From the IMG/VR virus record IMGVR_UViG_3300042484_002423: a stretch of DNA of 56,018 bases; one strand, given 5' to 3'. The notes beneath the pieces are model-generated. The model was not told where the DNA came from. It did no database searches and worked only from the letters and a program-made list of their open reading frames with translations. Every line of letters starts with the position of its first letter. Within the stretch, counting starts at the first letter, position 1. This DNA comes from a virus (lineage: Duplodnaviria > Heunggongvirae > Uroviricota > Caudoviricetes). Positions 16,585 through 28,200 of the stretch are shown here, in pieces. The position numbers were made by a program, and so were the translations under genes.

Positions 16585-17985
16585 ATGCAGCAATTTTTTT
16601 ACGATGATCAAATACGACGATTCTTGTTACAATTCACAAGAATCATCAGCAACTTTCAAGTTGAGTACGGGCGAGAAGAAAACGATCCCAATAAAATGGC
16701 ACTGTTGCGTGTTCCGGTTCGTTACGGCGACGCCAGTCGTAACGCTCAAACCATTATTCAAGAGAACTCACGTAACTCAATGCCGTCAAGTCCCCTGATG
16801 ACATTCTATGTTTCTTCTTTAGATTATGATCGCCCCAGGATGCAGGAACCCTATTTTGTCAGCAAGGTAAATGTGCGCCAACGCACATATGACCAGGTTA
16901 CAGAAACATATGAAACCACACAGGGCAATGCGTTTACTATTGAGCGACTGATGCCTGTGCCTTACAAACTGGGTATTACTCTAGACATTTGGACATCAAA
17001 CACAAATCAAAAGTTTCAATTGTTGGAACAAATTTTAACGCTGTTCAATCCTGCACTAGAAATACAAAGCACAGACAACTACTTGGATTGGACCAGTCTC
17101 AGTGTTGTGGAACTTGAACAAACAACCTGGACTTCGCGTACTATTCCACAGGGTGCAGACAATCCAATTGATGTTGCTACTCTGCGATTTAACCTTCCAA
17201 TTTGGATCAGCCCACCTGCCAAGGTCAAGAAGCTGGGAGTTGTGGAAAGAATCATTGCCAACATGTATGACAGTGACGGAGACTTGGTTGACTCTGTTAC
17301 CAACAATGACCTGTTGTTGGGCACTAGACAAGTTATTACACCGTTTAACTATGCCACTGTACTAATAGGTAACAAGGTGCAGGTTCTTCAGCAAAAAAGT
17401 CTGTCGCAGGAACCCAGCAATGATAGTTTGGATCCAGCGGAAATTATACCAGACTCAAATTTATTATGGCCAGCAGTGATCAACATGTACGGAGTGCTGC
17501 GTCCCGGAGTAAGTCAACTGAGACTGATTCAAGAAGACGATACCGAAGTTGTTGGCACCATTGTAGTAGATCCCAGCGATGAAAGATTTTTGATTTTTGA
17601 CGTGGATATTGATACTACGCCGCAAAATACACTTGCTCCAATTTCTGCTGTGATCAACCCGCTGGTGAGTGGTCCCGGTGACGGCCTTGATTCTGCACTT
17701 GAGGGCCAACGTTACCTGTTAACCGAAGCCACTGGCAATGCAAACAACGTTCAAAATCCCACAGCCTGGGTCGGGGGTAACGGAAGACCTCTTGTGGCCA
17801 ATGCCAACGATATTATTGAATACGCGAATGGCCGTTGGAGAGTGATGTTTTTGTCACAGACACAACCAGCTGGACAGTATGTTACAAACATCACAACTGA
17901 TATCCAATATGAGTGGACTGGTGATTCTTGGATCAAAAGTTATCAAGGTGTGTACCCGGGAGGAACATGGAGACTCGTTCTTTGA
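16585..17985 (+). CDS. gp15: Tail terminator / sheath stabiliser with C-terminal extension
   Basis: FFYDDQIRR...VPVRYG...MPVPY.L...L.IWT.N...QLLEQIL.LFNP. Confidence 0.8.
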   Translation: MQQFFYDDQIRRFLLQFTRIISNFQVEYGREENDPNKMALLRVPVRYGDASRNAQTIIQENSRNSMPSSPLMTFYVSSLDYDRPRMQEPYFVSKVNVRQRTYDQVTETYETTQGNAFTIERLMPVPYKLGITLDIWTSNTNQKFQLLEQILTLFNPALEIQSTDNYLDWTSLSVVELEQTTWTSRTIPQGADNPIDVATLRFNLPIWISPPAKVKKLGVVERIIANMYDSDGDLVDSVTNNDLLLGTRQVITPFNYATVLIGNKVQVLQQKSLSQEPSNDSLDPAEIIPDSNLLWPAVINMYGVLRPGVSQLRLIQEDDTEVVGTIVVDPSDERFLIFDVDIDTTPQNTLAPISAVINPLVSGPGDGLDSALEGQRYLLTEATGNANNVQNPTAWVGGNGRPLVANANDIIEYANGRWRVMFLSQTQPAGQYVTNITTDIQYEWTGDSWIKSYQGVYPGGTWRLVL

Positions 17986-18401
17986 AGGCCGTGGGTGTTT
18001 GGTTTCGAAGTCTAAAGACCGGGCGTTATCTATATCTCTTGCGTAATGATCCCAAGCACCCAGGAACTTGGGGGTTGCCAGGGGGAAAACTTGAAGCCAA
18101 CGAAACACTGTTGGGCGGCATGGAACGAGAGTGCATAGAAGAGTTGGGATCGTTTCCGGACTATCTAAGACTGATTCCACTTGAAAAATTTACCTCAGCT
18201 GACGGTGCTTTTTCTTATCACACCTGGGTGTGTTTGATTGAACAAGAGTTTATCCCTGTGTTAAATCACGAGCATCTTGGGTATGCTTGGTTAGATAATG
18301 GAAACTTTCCCAAGCCCATGCATCCAGGGCTGTGGAACACAGTCAACCTTGATGCTATTCAAGACAAAATTGCAATTATTGAGCGCGGTATCTTTGGTTA
18401 A
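17967..18401 (+). CDS. Nudix hydrolase
   Basis: Nudix box G-KLEAN-E-TLLGGME-RECIEELG; start uncertain (ATG 17967 with GGAGG upstream). Confidence 0.9.
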   Translation: METRSLKAVGVWFRSLKTGRYLYLLRNDPKHPGTWGLPGGKLEANETLLGGMERECIEELGSFPDYLRLIPLEKFTSADGAFSYHTWVCLIEQEFIPVLNHEHLGYAWLDNGNFPKPMHPGLWNTVNLDAIQDKIAIIERGIFG

Positions 18402-19606
18402 TCAAAGAAAAACATTTGCCACAAGCGACTGTTTTCTTTTGTGTATCCAAAATATTCGTGAGGGCTGTGAAGATATCCTGCATTGAAAATAACCAATCGA
18501 TTATAAACATTGCCCATGATATCCACGGGTTCAAAAATTGTTCTATCTAAATTTTGTGACCCTGGTCTGAACGCTCGTTGAATCTCTGGATGATCTAAAT
18601 GTCTAATATCAGAGTTTTTCAATGACCACAACGATGTTCCTGTGCTGTAGGGTGCATCAGGAGTTAGATAAAGCATGCCAGCCCATTTCTGAAGATCACA
18701 GTGATGCGCCAGTGGTTGTCCTTCGCTGGCATATTGAAAGCGGCCATTCATGCCATGATCTTCCCAACGAGTGATCTTTTGTCCAATGATTCTTTCAAAT
18801 TCTTCCTTGAGTCCTGGAAACAAAAACTGTTTGGATGTTCGGCTTCCTATGTAGTATTTGCCCAGGCCACCTTCTTCGTACTCTTGTGCCAAAGCAAACG
18901 CTCTCACAGCATCAGGATCTTTGTAAAAGTTATCAACAATCCACACGCCTTTTTTATAATTTCTATTGACCATGTCTGACACCACCTGGGTCTTAGACGG
19001 CAGAATGGGAATCACTGAGCTTGATGCTTTACCAATATTAAAAACTGCTGGAGTTTTAGGCATACCGCAGACTTCAAGATTCTTTTCAACTGCGTTACGA
19101 AACACAGTATCTAGGGTGTAGTTGGTTTTTAGGTCCAACATGATTTGTCTAGACTCCTCACGATGACCCACCCACCAAGCAGCCACGCCCTTTTGAAACA
19201 GCAAACCGTAGTCGCCTGGATAGTCAACACCGGTCTGCATTGGCGGCTGGTTTAACTGCGCTTGTTTCAATCCAATGCATGTCATAGTGTAACTATCTTG
19301 CCAGTTGCCACGAATCTCATGATGCTTGCTGAGCAAGAAGTAAGCTTCGGGTCTGTCCATCATGAGAACAATGGCTTTTTCCAACAGCACTTTTTCTGTG
19401 TCATCTCTAGTTTTTTGTTTAGCAAAACACAATGCCATACGAAGCAAGGCTTCGTACTGTTCCAAATCGTTGCGGGATCTTTCAGCAGCTCTCAAGTAAA
19501 AAGATATTGCAGCACCAGTTTGCCCCATGTTTTCGTACTCAAGAGCCAGAGCAAAATTAGTTGTTGGGTCGTCTTGATTGTTGATATAGGCTAATAAATT
19601 TTTCAT
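18398..19606 (-). CDS. TPR domain plus 2OG-Fe(II) oxygenase (DUF6445-like)
   Basis: N-terminal helical repeats; C-terminal IVDNFY.DPD.VR, HCD, WAGMLYLTP, NRLVIF, LHS, RL.QMFF. Confidence 0.8.
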   Translation of the reverse strand: MKNLLAYINNQDDPTTNFALALEYENMGQTGAAISFYLRAAERSRNDLEQYEALLRMALCFAKQKTRDDTEKVLLEKAIVLMMDRPEAYFLLSKHHEIRGNWQDSYTMTCIGLKQAQLNQPPMQTGVDYPGDYGLLFQKGVAAWWVGHREESRQIMLDLKTNYTLDTVFRNAVEKNLEVCGMPKTPAVFNIGKASSSVIPILPSKTQVVSDMVNRNYKKGVWIVDNFYKDPDAVRAFALAQEYEEGGLGKYYIGSRTSKQFLFPGLKEEFERIIGQKITRWEDHGMNGRFQYASEGQPLAHHCDLQKWAGMLYLTPDAPYSTGTSLWSLKNSDIRHLDHPEIQRAFRPGSQNLDRTIFEPVDIMGNVYNRLVIFNAGYLHSPHEYFGYTKENSRLWQMFFFD

Positions 19607-22218
19607 TTGTAAAACTTGATTGGTTGTAGTGCAGGATGTCCGCCATTTTCACATTTTGTACATATATCATAACATGTCTGTGCTTGCGGTATAACTTGTT
19701 CGTAAGTTTGAGTTTTTAGATTGCCAATGATATTGTCTAATCCATAATCCATGCAACACAAACTCACATCGCCGTTGGGCAACAACACATTGTGGTACAA
19801 GTGCTCTACACACCCACAAGTACGAGGACCGTCAGTATGATTGGCTGACTTCCATTGGTCTTTGAGTTCAATCAACTCTGGCTTGACCAGTGCTTCCCTG
19901 CTCAAATTACCAGCACGACTCCACATCTCTGGCCTTGGTGCCCAGGCAAACAAGTGTTTGACACTAGCATGAACTTCTGCTCCCATGTTCATGGTATAGA
20001 AATTTTGTATTCTATGATGATTTTTTGCCAACCATTCCATGGTCTTGATGTAAGACGGTGTGATAGGATGGCGTGCCAGCAGCTCACTGTCTGGTAAATG
20101 CAGCGTAAACCCACCATTGGGTCCGCCAGCAAACGGAATATCAACTATGGCTTCAAGATCAGCAACACTGAGTCCTACACCAGTAGTAAACACACTAACA
20201 GGATGGCCTTGTTCATGTGCGTACAACACCATTTTGGTACAGTGTTTGTTCATCCAAGGTTCAACAAAACCTGAAAAAGTAATACGAACTTCTTTGGGCA
20301 CAGTTTCAATCATGCGTTTGAAACTGTCCAAAGACATTATGCGCTCACCTTTGTAGTTTTGTTCTAAAAGTCTCTGCGGACAGAACACACAATCAACTAC
20401 ACAACCTTTTTCAGGAATAATAGTTGTTATCTCCAAAGTTGGCGCTGGATAGTGATTCCATTTTTCCTTTTTGGCCATTGGCACTGTGTTGTCAATAAAG
20501 AGATTGATAGCGTGGTAATTTTCAATAAACCAATCACACCACAAGTCATGTTTGATATCAACATAGTCCATGCTGAAGATTCTGTGACTGGTGAGTTCTC
20601 TTAGATAGGTATCACGAAACTTTCTAAATTTTGCTTTGAGCTCTGGGGTGTTGAGATGGAACTCACCGGCAATTTTGCGAACATTTTTATAGATCCAATC
20701 AAAGTTTTCGTCGTTGAAAATATCGTACTCGCCACCTTCGCAGTCAGTCTTTAAAAAGTCAATGCGATCAATTTTTTGTTCTTTGATCAATGTTTTAAGT
20801 GTGATTGTATCAATCATTGACCCGTCTGTGCCGTCAGTAATTGCGGTTTTTGTATCGTCGTACAATCCAGCAAGATAGTTTACACCGTCTTTGCTGCCCA
20901 TACCTTTGTTCAGCGCCACAAAAGGTATGCCTGTGGCTTTTAAATTTTTCTCAAGAGTTTGATACAGATCTTTCTCAGGTTCCAAACAGATATATCTGCT
21001 GGGTTTCTTTTCAGCAACACTGTAACTAAACGGACCAACGCTGGCACCAACGTCTAAGATAACATCGCCGGGCTCAACTTCAAAAAACATCTGGTAAACA
21101 TTGTCAACAAAAATTTCTTTAGACACAGTGTTATAGAACCAGGTGTTGTGGGCAATTTTCCCCCAATCAAAGTTCTTGGCCTGATCATTGATGTTTGCAA
21201 ACCAAGGTGTGTGTGAATTCCAAACAAATTCATCTACCAAGTGCTTGGGCATTTTGAGTATGAAGGCAGCATTGTCTTGAAATCCAAAACTCAGTAACAG
21301 GCAGTTGTCGTGCCAGGCAGCCCCACAACAGAATTCAATGTCAGCATTCATAAAGCTGAATGGCTCAGTATATCTTACAATGTTCCACTCTTTATCCCAG
21401 ACCACAAGTCTGTGTCGATACACTGCATCTTTTTCGCCAGCTTCTGATTTGAACAAATCAACTTCGTGTGTGGCAGCAATATAATAATCGCCATACGGAA
21501 TCACTTGACTGCTGCCACGGAATGCTGGCAACCCAGTTACCATTTTGTGTTCGTCTAGTTTGACGGTGTTAGTCACACCAGTTTTGATGTCATAGTTTAC
21601 CAGCTCTGTGGGATTAGACCATTTGATATAATTACCTGGCTGGTCAATTACTGGCATCCAATTTTTTTCACAGTAGGTACTGTTGTCGCCGGGTGCTGGA
21701 ATTCGTGTTCTAGATATTTCTTTGACCACATCACCATTCACTGACAATTCGCTGAGTTCCATGCGGCCTTCACCGTTGGTAGTGGTATCTCTACGAACTC
21801 CGCTGATGTATAATTTACTATCCCACCTAAACAGTCTAGCATCTTCTAGGCCAACAAATTCCCAAAGTGGGTCAACATCAAATTTGCTAGTATCAATGCT
21901 GGTAATTGTTTTTATAGTTAGATTGGGATTCAGTTTGGCAAAATAATTCCAAGTTCTTAAATGTCGATCGTTTTCTGGATGCAGATACTGCAAAGGTCCG
22001 TACCGATGTTGAAACTTTTTGTTTTCAGAATGGTAAAGAGTGTAATTGACATGACGAAGATTCAAAATAATATCGTTGCCGTCAATGTAAATTGACGGAT
22101 TCATCAACCCAGTACCATTGGTAATTTCTGCCGGAATGATCAAAGGGTGTATACTGCCCCCTGCATCAAGCACAGTTTTTACCAAACCTAAATTATAAAT
22201 TTGTGTAGATAGAGCCAT
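19603..22218 (-). CDS. Tri-domain enzyme: beta-propeller glycosidase/phosphorylase-like + FkbM methyltransferase + radical SAM/SPASM
   Basis: NPSI, GLEDARL, EKNWMP (propeller); LDVGASVG, DFLKTDCEGGE (FkbM); CVVDCVFC and LPNGDVSLCC..CTKC (rSAM/SPASM). Confidence 0.8.
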   Translation of the reverse strand: MALSTQIYNLGLVKTVLDAGGSIHPLIIPAEITNGTGLMNPSIYIDGNDIILNLRHVNYTLYHSENKKFQHRYGPLQYLHPENDRHLRTWNYFAKLNPNLTIKTITSIDTSKFDVDPLWEFVGLEDARLFRWDSKLYISGVRRDTTTNGEGRMELSELSVNGDVVKEISRTRIPAPGDNSTYCEKNWMPVIDQPGNYIKWSNPTELVNYDIKTGVTNTVKLDEHKMVTGLPAFRGSSQVIPYGDYYIAATHEVDLFKSEAGEKDAVYRHRLVVWDKEWNIVRYTEPFSFMNADIEFCCGAAWHDNCLLLSFGFQDNAAFILKMPKHLVDEFVWNSHTPWFANINDQAKNFDWGKIAHNTWFYNTVSKEIFVDNVYQMFFEVEPGDVILDVGASVGPFSYSVAEKKPSRYICLEPEKDLYQTLEKNLKATGIPFVALNKGMGSKDGVNYLAGLYDDTKTAITDGTDGSMIDTITLKTLIKEQKIDRIDFLKTDCEGGEYDIFNDENFDWIYKNVRKIAGEFHLNTPELKAKFRKFRDTYLRELTSHRIFSMDYVDIKHDLWCDWFIENYHAINLFIDNTVPMAKKEKWNHYPAPTLEITTIIPEKGCVVDCVFCPQRLLEQNYKGERIMSLDSFKRMIETVPKEVRITFSGFVEPWMNKHCTKMVLYAHEQGHPVSVFTTGVGLSVADLEAIVDIPFAGGPNGGFTLHLPDSELLARHPITPSYIKTMEWLAKNHHRIQNFYTMNMGAEVHASVKHLFAWAPRPEMWSRAGNLSREALVKPELIELKDQWKSANHTDGPRTCGCVEHLYHNVLLPNGDVSLCCMDYGLDNIIGNLKTQTYEQVIPQAQTCYDICTKCENGGHPALQPIKFYK

Positions 22219-22274
22219 AGTGTACTTTTATGTATGATTGTACACTATGGCCACAGATATTTTCTGTTACTGTA

Positions 22275-25200
22275 TCAAAGTCTGCCAACCACCACTTCAA
22301 TAACGCCAATCTGATCACTGTTGTATGGCTGAACTGCTTTGCCAATTACCACACCTGGTCGGTATTTGGTTAAATCTAGCGCAGTAGCCACACCCGGTAT
22401 ATCACTGCTGACCAAAACATCACCTTTTTCAATGTTGCCAACTACGCTACATGGAACACGACCACTCAGTGCCAATGCAATGGTAAATTCACCTTCAATA
22501 CCACTGTTCATGATGTGAGCAGGATTTGTAGAAACAACACCTGCAATCTTGTAACAATGACTATATGTGCTGATTGTGACTTCTTGTTCACCATCAAATG
22601 CCAACACTGTGCCTGGAGGATAGTCAGCATCTGACGTATACATTTCAGCCAAGTCAGCATATCGTGCTGTAGTTGCTGTGACAGTAAGTACATTGGTTGC
22701 AGCATCAAAGCTAAATGCAGTGGCTGCGGTTCTAATACTTGGTGTTTGATTACTGCCAGCGGCTCCTACCATAACTGGATAGAAAGTACCTGTTATTACT
22801 GCGGTAGCATTAATTGCGGTGCTAGGACCAACAGCACCTTGTGTACCTATAGTGCCTTGTGCACCTGTGGCTCCTTGAGTTCCAGTTACTCCCTGAATAC
22901 CTTGTGCACCTGTAATACCTTGAGCACCTGTAGCTCCTTGTGTACCAGTAATACCTTGTGTACCAGTAATACCTTGTGCACCTGTGGCGCCTTGTGTTCC
23001 AACTGTGCCTTGTGTACCTACTGCGCCTTGAGTTCCAGTTGTTCCTTGGCGACCTTGAACACCTTGAATACCTTGTGCTCCAGTAATACCTTGTGCACCT
23101 GTGGCGCCTTGAGCTCCTGTAGCGCCTTGAGCTCCACGATCACCAGTTCTTGTAAAATCCATAGCCAAAGAAGCGGCGTTTGTTGGCAGTGAACCTGACA
23201 CATAAGCTACTGGAATCTTGTAATATCCTGCGGCTACTGTAACTGCACCAGTAACACTCCAAATGTTTACTGTTGTGCCGTTTGATGCACCTGAAGTAAT
23301 ATACAGATAACCTTCTTGACCAGGGTTGGTTGAATCATCCCAAGTGTCGTACCATGTAGTTTGAGTATTACTGAGTGAGTCAGTATTGTCAATGTACAAG
23401 AATGTAACTGAGCCAATGGTTGCGTTATTATATCTAATAACACCTGTACCCGGATCAGCATCAGTAGTAGTTGTGCTAAAAGTATATGGTACCCCACCTC
23501 TATTGCCTGTAGTTCCTATTGTGCCTTGTGTACCCACAGTGCCCTGAGCGCCAGTGGCTCCTTGTGTACCTACTGCGCCTTGAGTACCAACAGTGCCTTG
23601 TGTGCCCAAAACACCCTGAACACCTTGAATACCTTGTGCACCTGTAGCGCCTTGAGCTCCTGTAGCGCCTTGAGTTCCAATTACACCTTGAATGCCTTGT
23701 GCGCCTGTGGCACCTTGAGTTCCAGTTGTTCCTTGTGCACCTGTAGTGCCTTGTGTACCAATTACGCCTTGTGCTCCTACTGCGCCTTGTGCTCCTACTG
23801 CGCCTTGAGTACCAGTAGCGCCTTGTGCACCTGTAGCGCCTTGAGTACCAACAGTGCCTTGTGTGCCCAAAACACCCTGAATACCTTGAATGCCTTGTGT
23901 TCCAACAGTGCCTTGTGTACCTGTAGTGCCTTGTGTTCCAACAGTGCCTTGTGTACCTGTAGTGCCTTGTGTGCCTACAGCGCCTTGAGCTCCAACAGTG
24001 CCTTGTGTACCTGTAGTGCCTTGTGTGCCAATCACACCCTGAATGCCTTGAATGCCTTGAATGCCTTGAGTACCAACAGTGCCTTGTGTACCTACTGTGC
24101 CTTGAGCTCCAACAGTGCCTTGTGTACCTGTAGTGCCTTGAGTACCTGTAGCGCCTTGTGTTCCCAAAACGCCCTGAATGCCTTGGACACCTTGAGTACC
24201 TAGTGTGCCTTGTGTGCCTACAGCGCCTTGAGCTCCAACAGTGCCTTGTGTACCTGTAGTGCCTTGTGCACCTGTAGCGCCTTGTGTTCCCAAAACACCC
24301 TGAATGCCTTGAATGCCTTGAGTACCAACAGTGCCTTGTGTACCTGTAGTGCCTTGTGCACCTGTAGCTCCTTGTGTGCCAATCACACCCTGAATGCCTT
24401 GTGTACCCGTTGTTCCTTGAGCACCTGTAGCACCTTGTGTACCCGTTGTTCCTTGAGCTCCAGTTACGCCCTGAATGCCTTGTGCACCTACAGTGCCTTG
24501 TGCACCTACAGTGCCTTGGGCGCCTGTAGCACCATTGACCAACGCAACAAACAAATTTGCATTGTTTGCAAAACCAGTGGTTCCTGTCCCGCCTGACCCC
24601 AACAAAGTAACTGGATATGTCCAATAGTTATTTGACACAGTGGTTGGTGTTCCGCTGATGGTCCAACGCTGGAAGTTTGCGCTGTTGGATCTGTCCTGAA
24701 TAGTAATAACTTCTGTTTGAATCAGCAATGCCAAGAAAATATCAATGTCTTGGCCGTCAGCAGTTATGTGATCAATAATGATGCTAGTAGCACTGGTCTG
24801 AGTTGCATTGTCCCACAGCAGATATCCATTACCTGGGTCGCCTGAGGTGGCTCCGGTATTGGCGTTGTAGTTAAACAAATTACTTGAGCTACCTGTGATA
24901 CCTTGTGTACCTGTGATACCTTGTGTTCCTTGGACACCCTGAACGCCTTGTGTTCCTTGCGTTCCTGTAATACCCTGAGTACCAATAGTACCTTGAGCTC
25001 CTGTAGCTCCTTGTGTACCAATAGCACCCTGAACGCCTTGTGTTCCTTGCGTTCCTGTAATACCCTGAGTACCAATAGTACCTTGTGCCCCAAATGTTCC
25101 TTGTGTACCAATAGCACCTTGAACGCCTTGGACACCCTGAGCGCCTGTAGTGCCTTGTGTGCCCGCAGTTCCTTGAGCTCCTTCAATGCCTTGTGTGCCT

Positions 25201-28200
25201 ACAGCGCCTTGTGTTCCAGTAATGCCTTGGATGCCTTGTGTACCCGTTGTTCCTTGAGCTCCTTCAATACCTTGAGCTCCTTCAATACCTTGTGCACCAA
25301 ATGTTCCTTGCGTTCCTGTAATACCCTGAGTACCAATAGTACCTTGTGCACCTGTAGCTCCTTGTGTACCAACAGCACCCTGAACGCCTTGGACACCTTG
25401 AGCGCCTGTGATACCTTGTGTACCTGTGATACCTTGTGTTCCCTGGACACCCTGAGCACCTGTTGCTCCTTGAGCACCTGTTACTCCTTGAGCTCCTTCA
25501 ATGCCTTGTGCACCTGTAGCTCCTTGTGTACCAACAGCACCCTGAACGCCTTGTGTTCCTTGCGTTCCTGTAATACCCTGAGTACCAATAGTACCTTGTG
25601 CACCTGTAGCTCCTTGTGTACCAGTTGTTCCTTGTGTTCCGTCAGTTCCTTGTGCACCTAATGTTCCTTGGGTGCCGGTTGTGCCTTGAGTGCCCTGGAC
25701 ACCTGTGGCGCCTTGAGTACCTGTGGCGCCTTGAGTACCTGTTGATCCTTGAGTTCCAATTACACCTTGAATGCCCTGAGCACCTGTAGCTCCTTGTGCA
25801 CCTGTAGTGCCTTGTGTTCCTTGTGCGCCAGTTGTACCCTGAGTTCCGTCGGTTCCTTGTGCCCCAGTTGTACCCTGAGTTCCGTCGGTTCCTTGTGCCC
25901 CAGTTGTACCCTGAGTTCCGTCGGTTCCTTGAGTACCTGTTGCTCCTTGAGTACCTGTAGTGCCTTGAGTTCCAATTACACCTTGAATGCCCTGAGCACC
26001 TGTGACCCCTTGTGTTCCGTCGGTTCCTTGTGCCCCAGTTGTACCTTGAGTACCAAATGTGCCTTGTGTGCCAGTAGTGCCTTGAGTGCCAAATGTACCC
26101 TGTGTACCTGTAGCTCCTTGTGTACCAATTACGCCTTGAATACCCTGAGCACCTGTTGCTCCTTGAGCACCTGTTACTCCTTGAGTACCTAGTGTGCCTT
26201 GTGCACCTGTAGCTCCTTGTGTACCAATTACGCCCTGAATGCCTTGTGTGCCGTTTGTACCAACAGTGCCCTGGGCGCCGGTTGCACCTTGGCTACCGGT
26301 ATTTCCTGTTGTGCCTTGTGCGCCTGTTGCTCCTTGTGTACCAGTAGCGCCTTGTGTGCCTACGGTGCCCTGTGTTCCAATTGCTCCTTGGATACCTTGT
26401 ACGCCTTGGGCGCCAGTAACACCTTGACTACCAGTATTTCCAAGCACACCTTGAATACCTTGTGCTCCAGTTGTGCCTTGTGCACCCGTTGTACCTTGAC
26501 TACCAGTATCGCCAGTAGTACCAACAGTGCCCTGAGTTCCAGTTGTGCCCTGAGTTCCAGTTGTGCCTTGTGCACCCGTTGTACCTTGACTACCAGTATC
26601 GCCAGTAGTACCAACAGTGCCCTGAGTTCCAGTTGTGCCTTGAGTACCAGTATTACCAGTTGTGCCTTGCGTGCCGTTTGTGCCTTGCGTGCCAGTTGTT
26701 CCAGTAGTGCCTTGAGCACCTATTGCTCCTTGTACACCTGATGGTCCAGGAGCACCTGCTAAGTTAACTTCCCAAGACGAGTAAGTGCCTGATCCTGTTG
26801 TACTAGTAACATTAACTATCAACTCTCCAGTTCCGGAAGTGTACGAAGTAACCGTACCAGACATCAAATTGGTACTGTTAAAGGCAATAATAGTTTCTTG
26901 CCCCACAGAGTAATTCAAACTAGTATTAACTGTTAAGGTCTTGGTGCCTGTGCCTATTGTTAAACTAGTTGAACTAGTAGTAGCATATCTATCTCCAAGA
27001 CCTTGTAACCCTTGGATACCTTGTGTTCCTTGTACTCCTTGGATACCTGTAGTACCTTGTGTTCCTACAAGACCTTGAGATCCAATGATACCTTGTGTTC
27101 CTTGTGTACCTTGAGTACCAACAGCACCCTGAGTTCCAGTTGTGCCTTGTGTGCCGTTTGTGCCTTGTGTACCTGTAGTGCCTTGACTACCTTCGGTTCC
27201 AAGTACACCCTGAATGCCTTGAATGCCCTGAGTGCCTGTGGTGCCTTGAGTACCAAATGTGCCTTGTGTTCCGTTTGTGCCTTGTGTTCCAGTAGCACCT
27301 TGTGTTCCTACTATACCTTGTGTTCCTGTAGCTCCTTGGCTACCAATTACACCTTGAACCCCTTGAATGCCTTGAACGCCAGATGTGCCCTGAGTACCAA
27401 TTACACCCTGAACACCTTGAACGCCTTGATCACCTGTGATACCTTGAGTACCAATTACCCCTTGAACACCTTGAGTACCTACAGTACCTTGTGTGCCTAC
27501 AGCGCCTTGTGTTCCAGTAATGCCTTGGATGCCTTGTACACCCTGGGCTCCTGTAGTGCCTTGAACGCCTTGGGCTCCTATAGTGCCTTGAATACCAGTT
27601 GTTCCTTGGGCTCCTATAGTGCCTTGAGTACCTGTAGCGCCTTGTGTTCCCAAAACGCCCTGAATGCCTTGGACACCTTGAGTACCTAGTGTGCCTTGTG
27701 TGCCTACAGCGCCTTGACTACCAGTATCGCCAGTAGTACCAGTTGTTCCTTGTGTTCCGTTGGTACCTTGGGTACCAGTAGCGCCTTGGGTACCAGTAGC
27801 GCCTTGGGTACCAGTAGTACCTAGTGTGCCTTGTGTTCCTTGTGTTCCGTCGGTACCTTGAGTACCAGTAGCGCCCTGTGTGCCGGTACCAGTTGTTCCT
27901 TGAGCTCCAACAGTGCCTTGAGCACCGGTTACGCCATTGACTAATGCAACAACCAAAGTTGTATTGTTTGCAAAACCGGTAGTTCCTGTACCACTTGAAC
28001 TTTGTAAAGTAACTGGATATGTCCAATAGCTGTTTGGAACGTTAGTAGGTGTTCCGCTGATAGTCCAACGCTGGAAGTTTGCGCTGTTGGTTCTATCTTG
28101 AATAGTAATAACTTCTGTTTGGCTCAGCAATGCCAAGAAAATATCAATGTCTTGGCCATTGTCAGTTATGTGGTCAATAATGATGCTAGTGGCACTGGTC

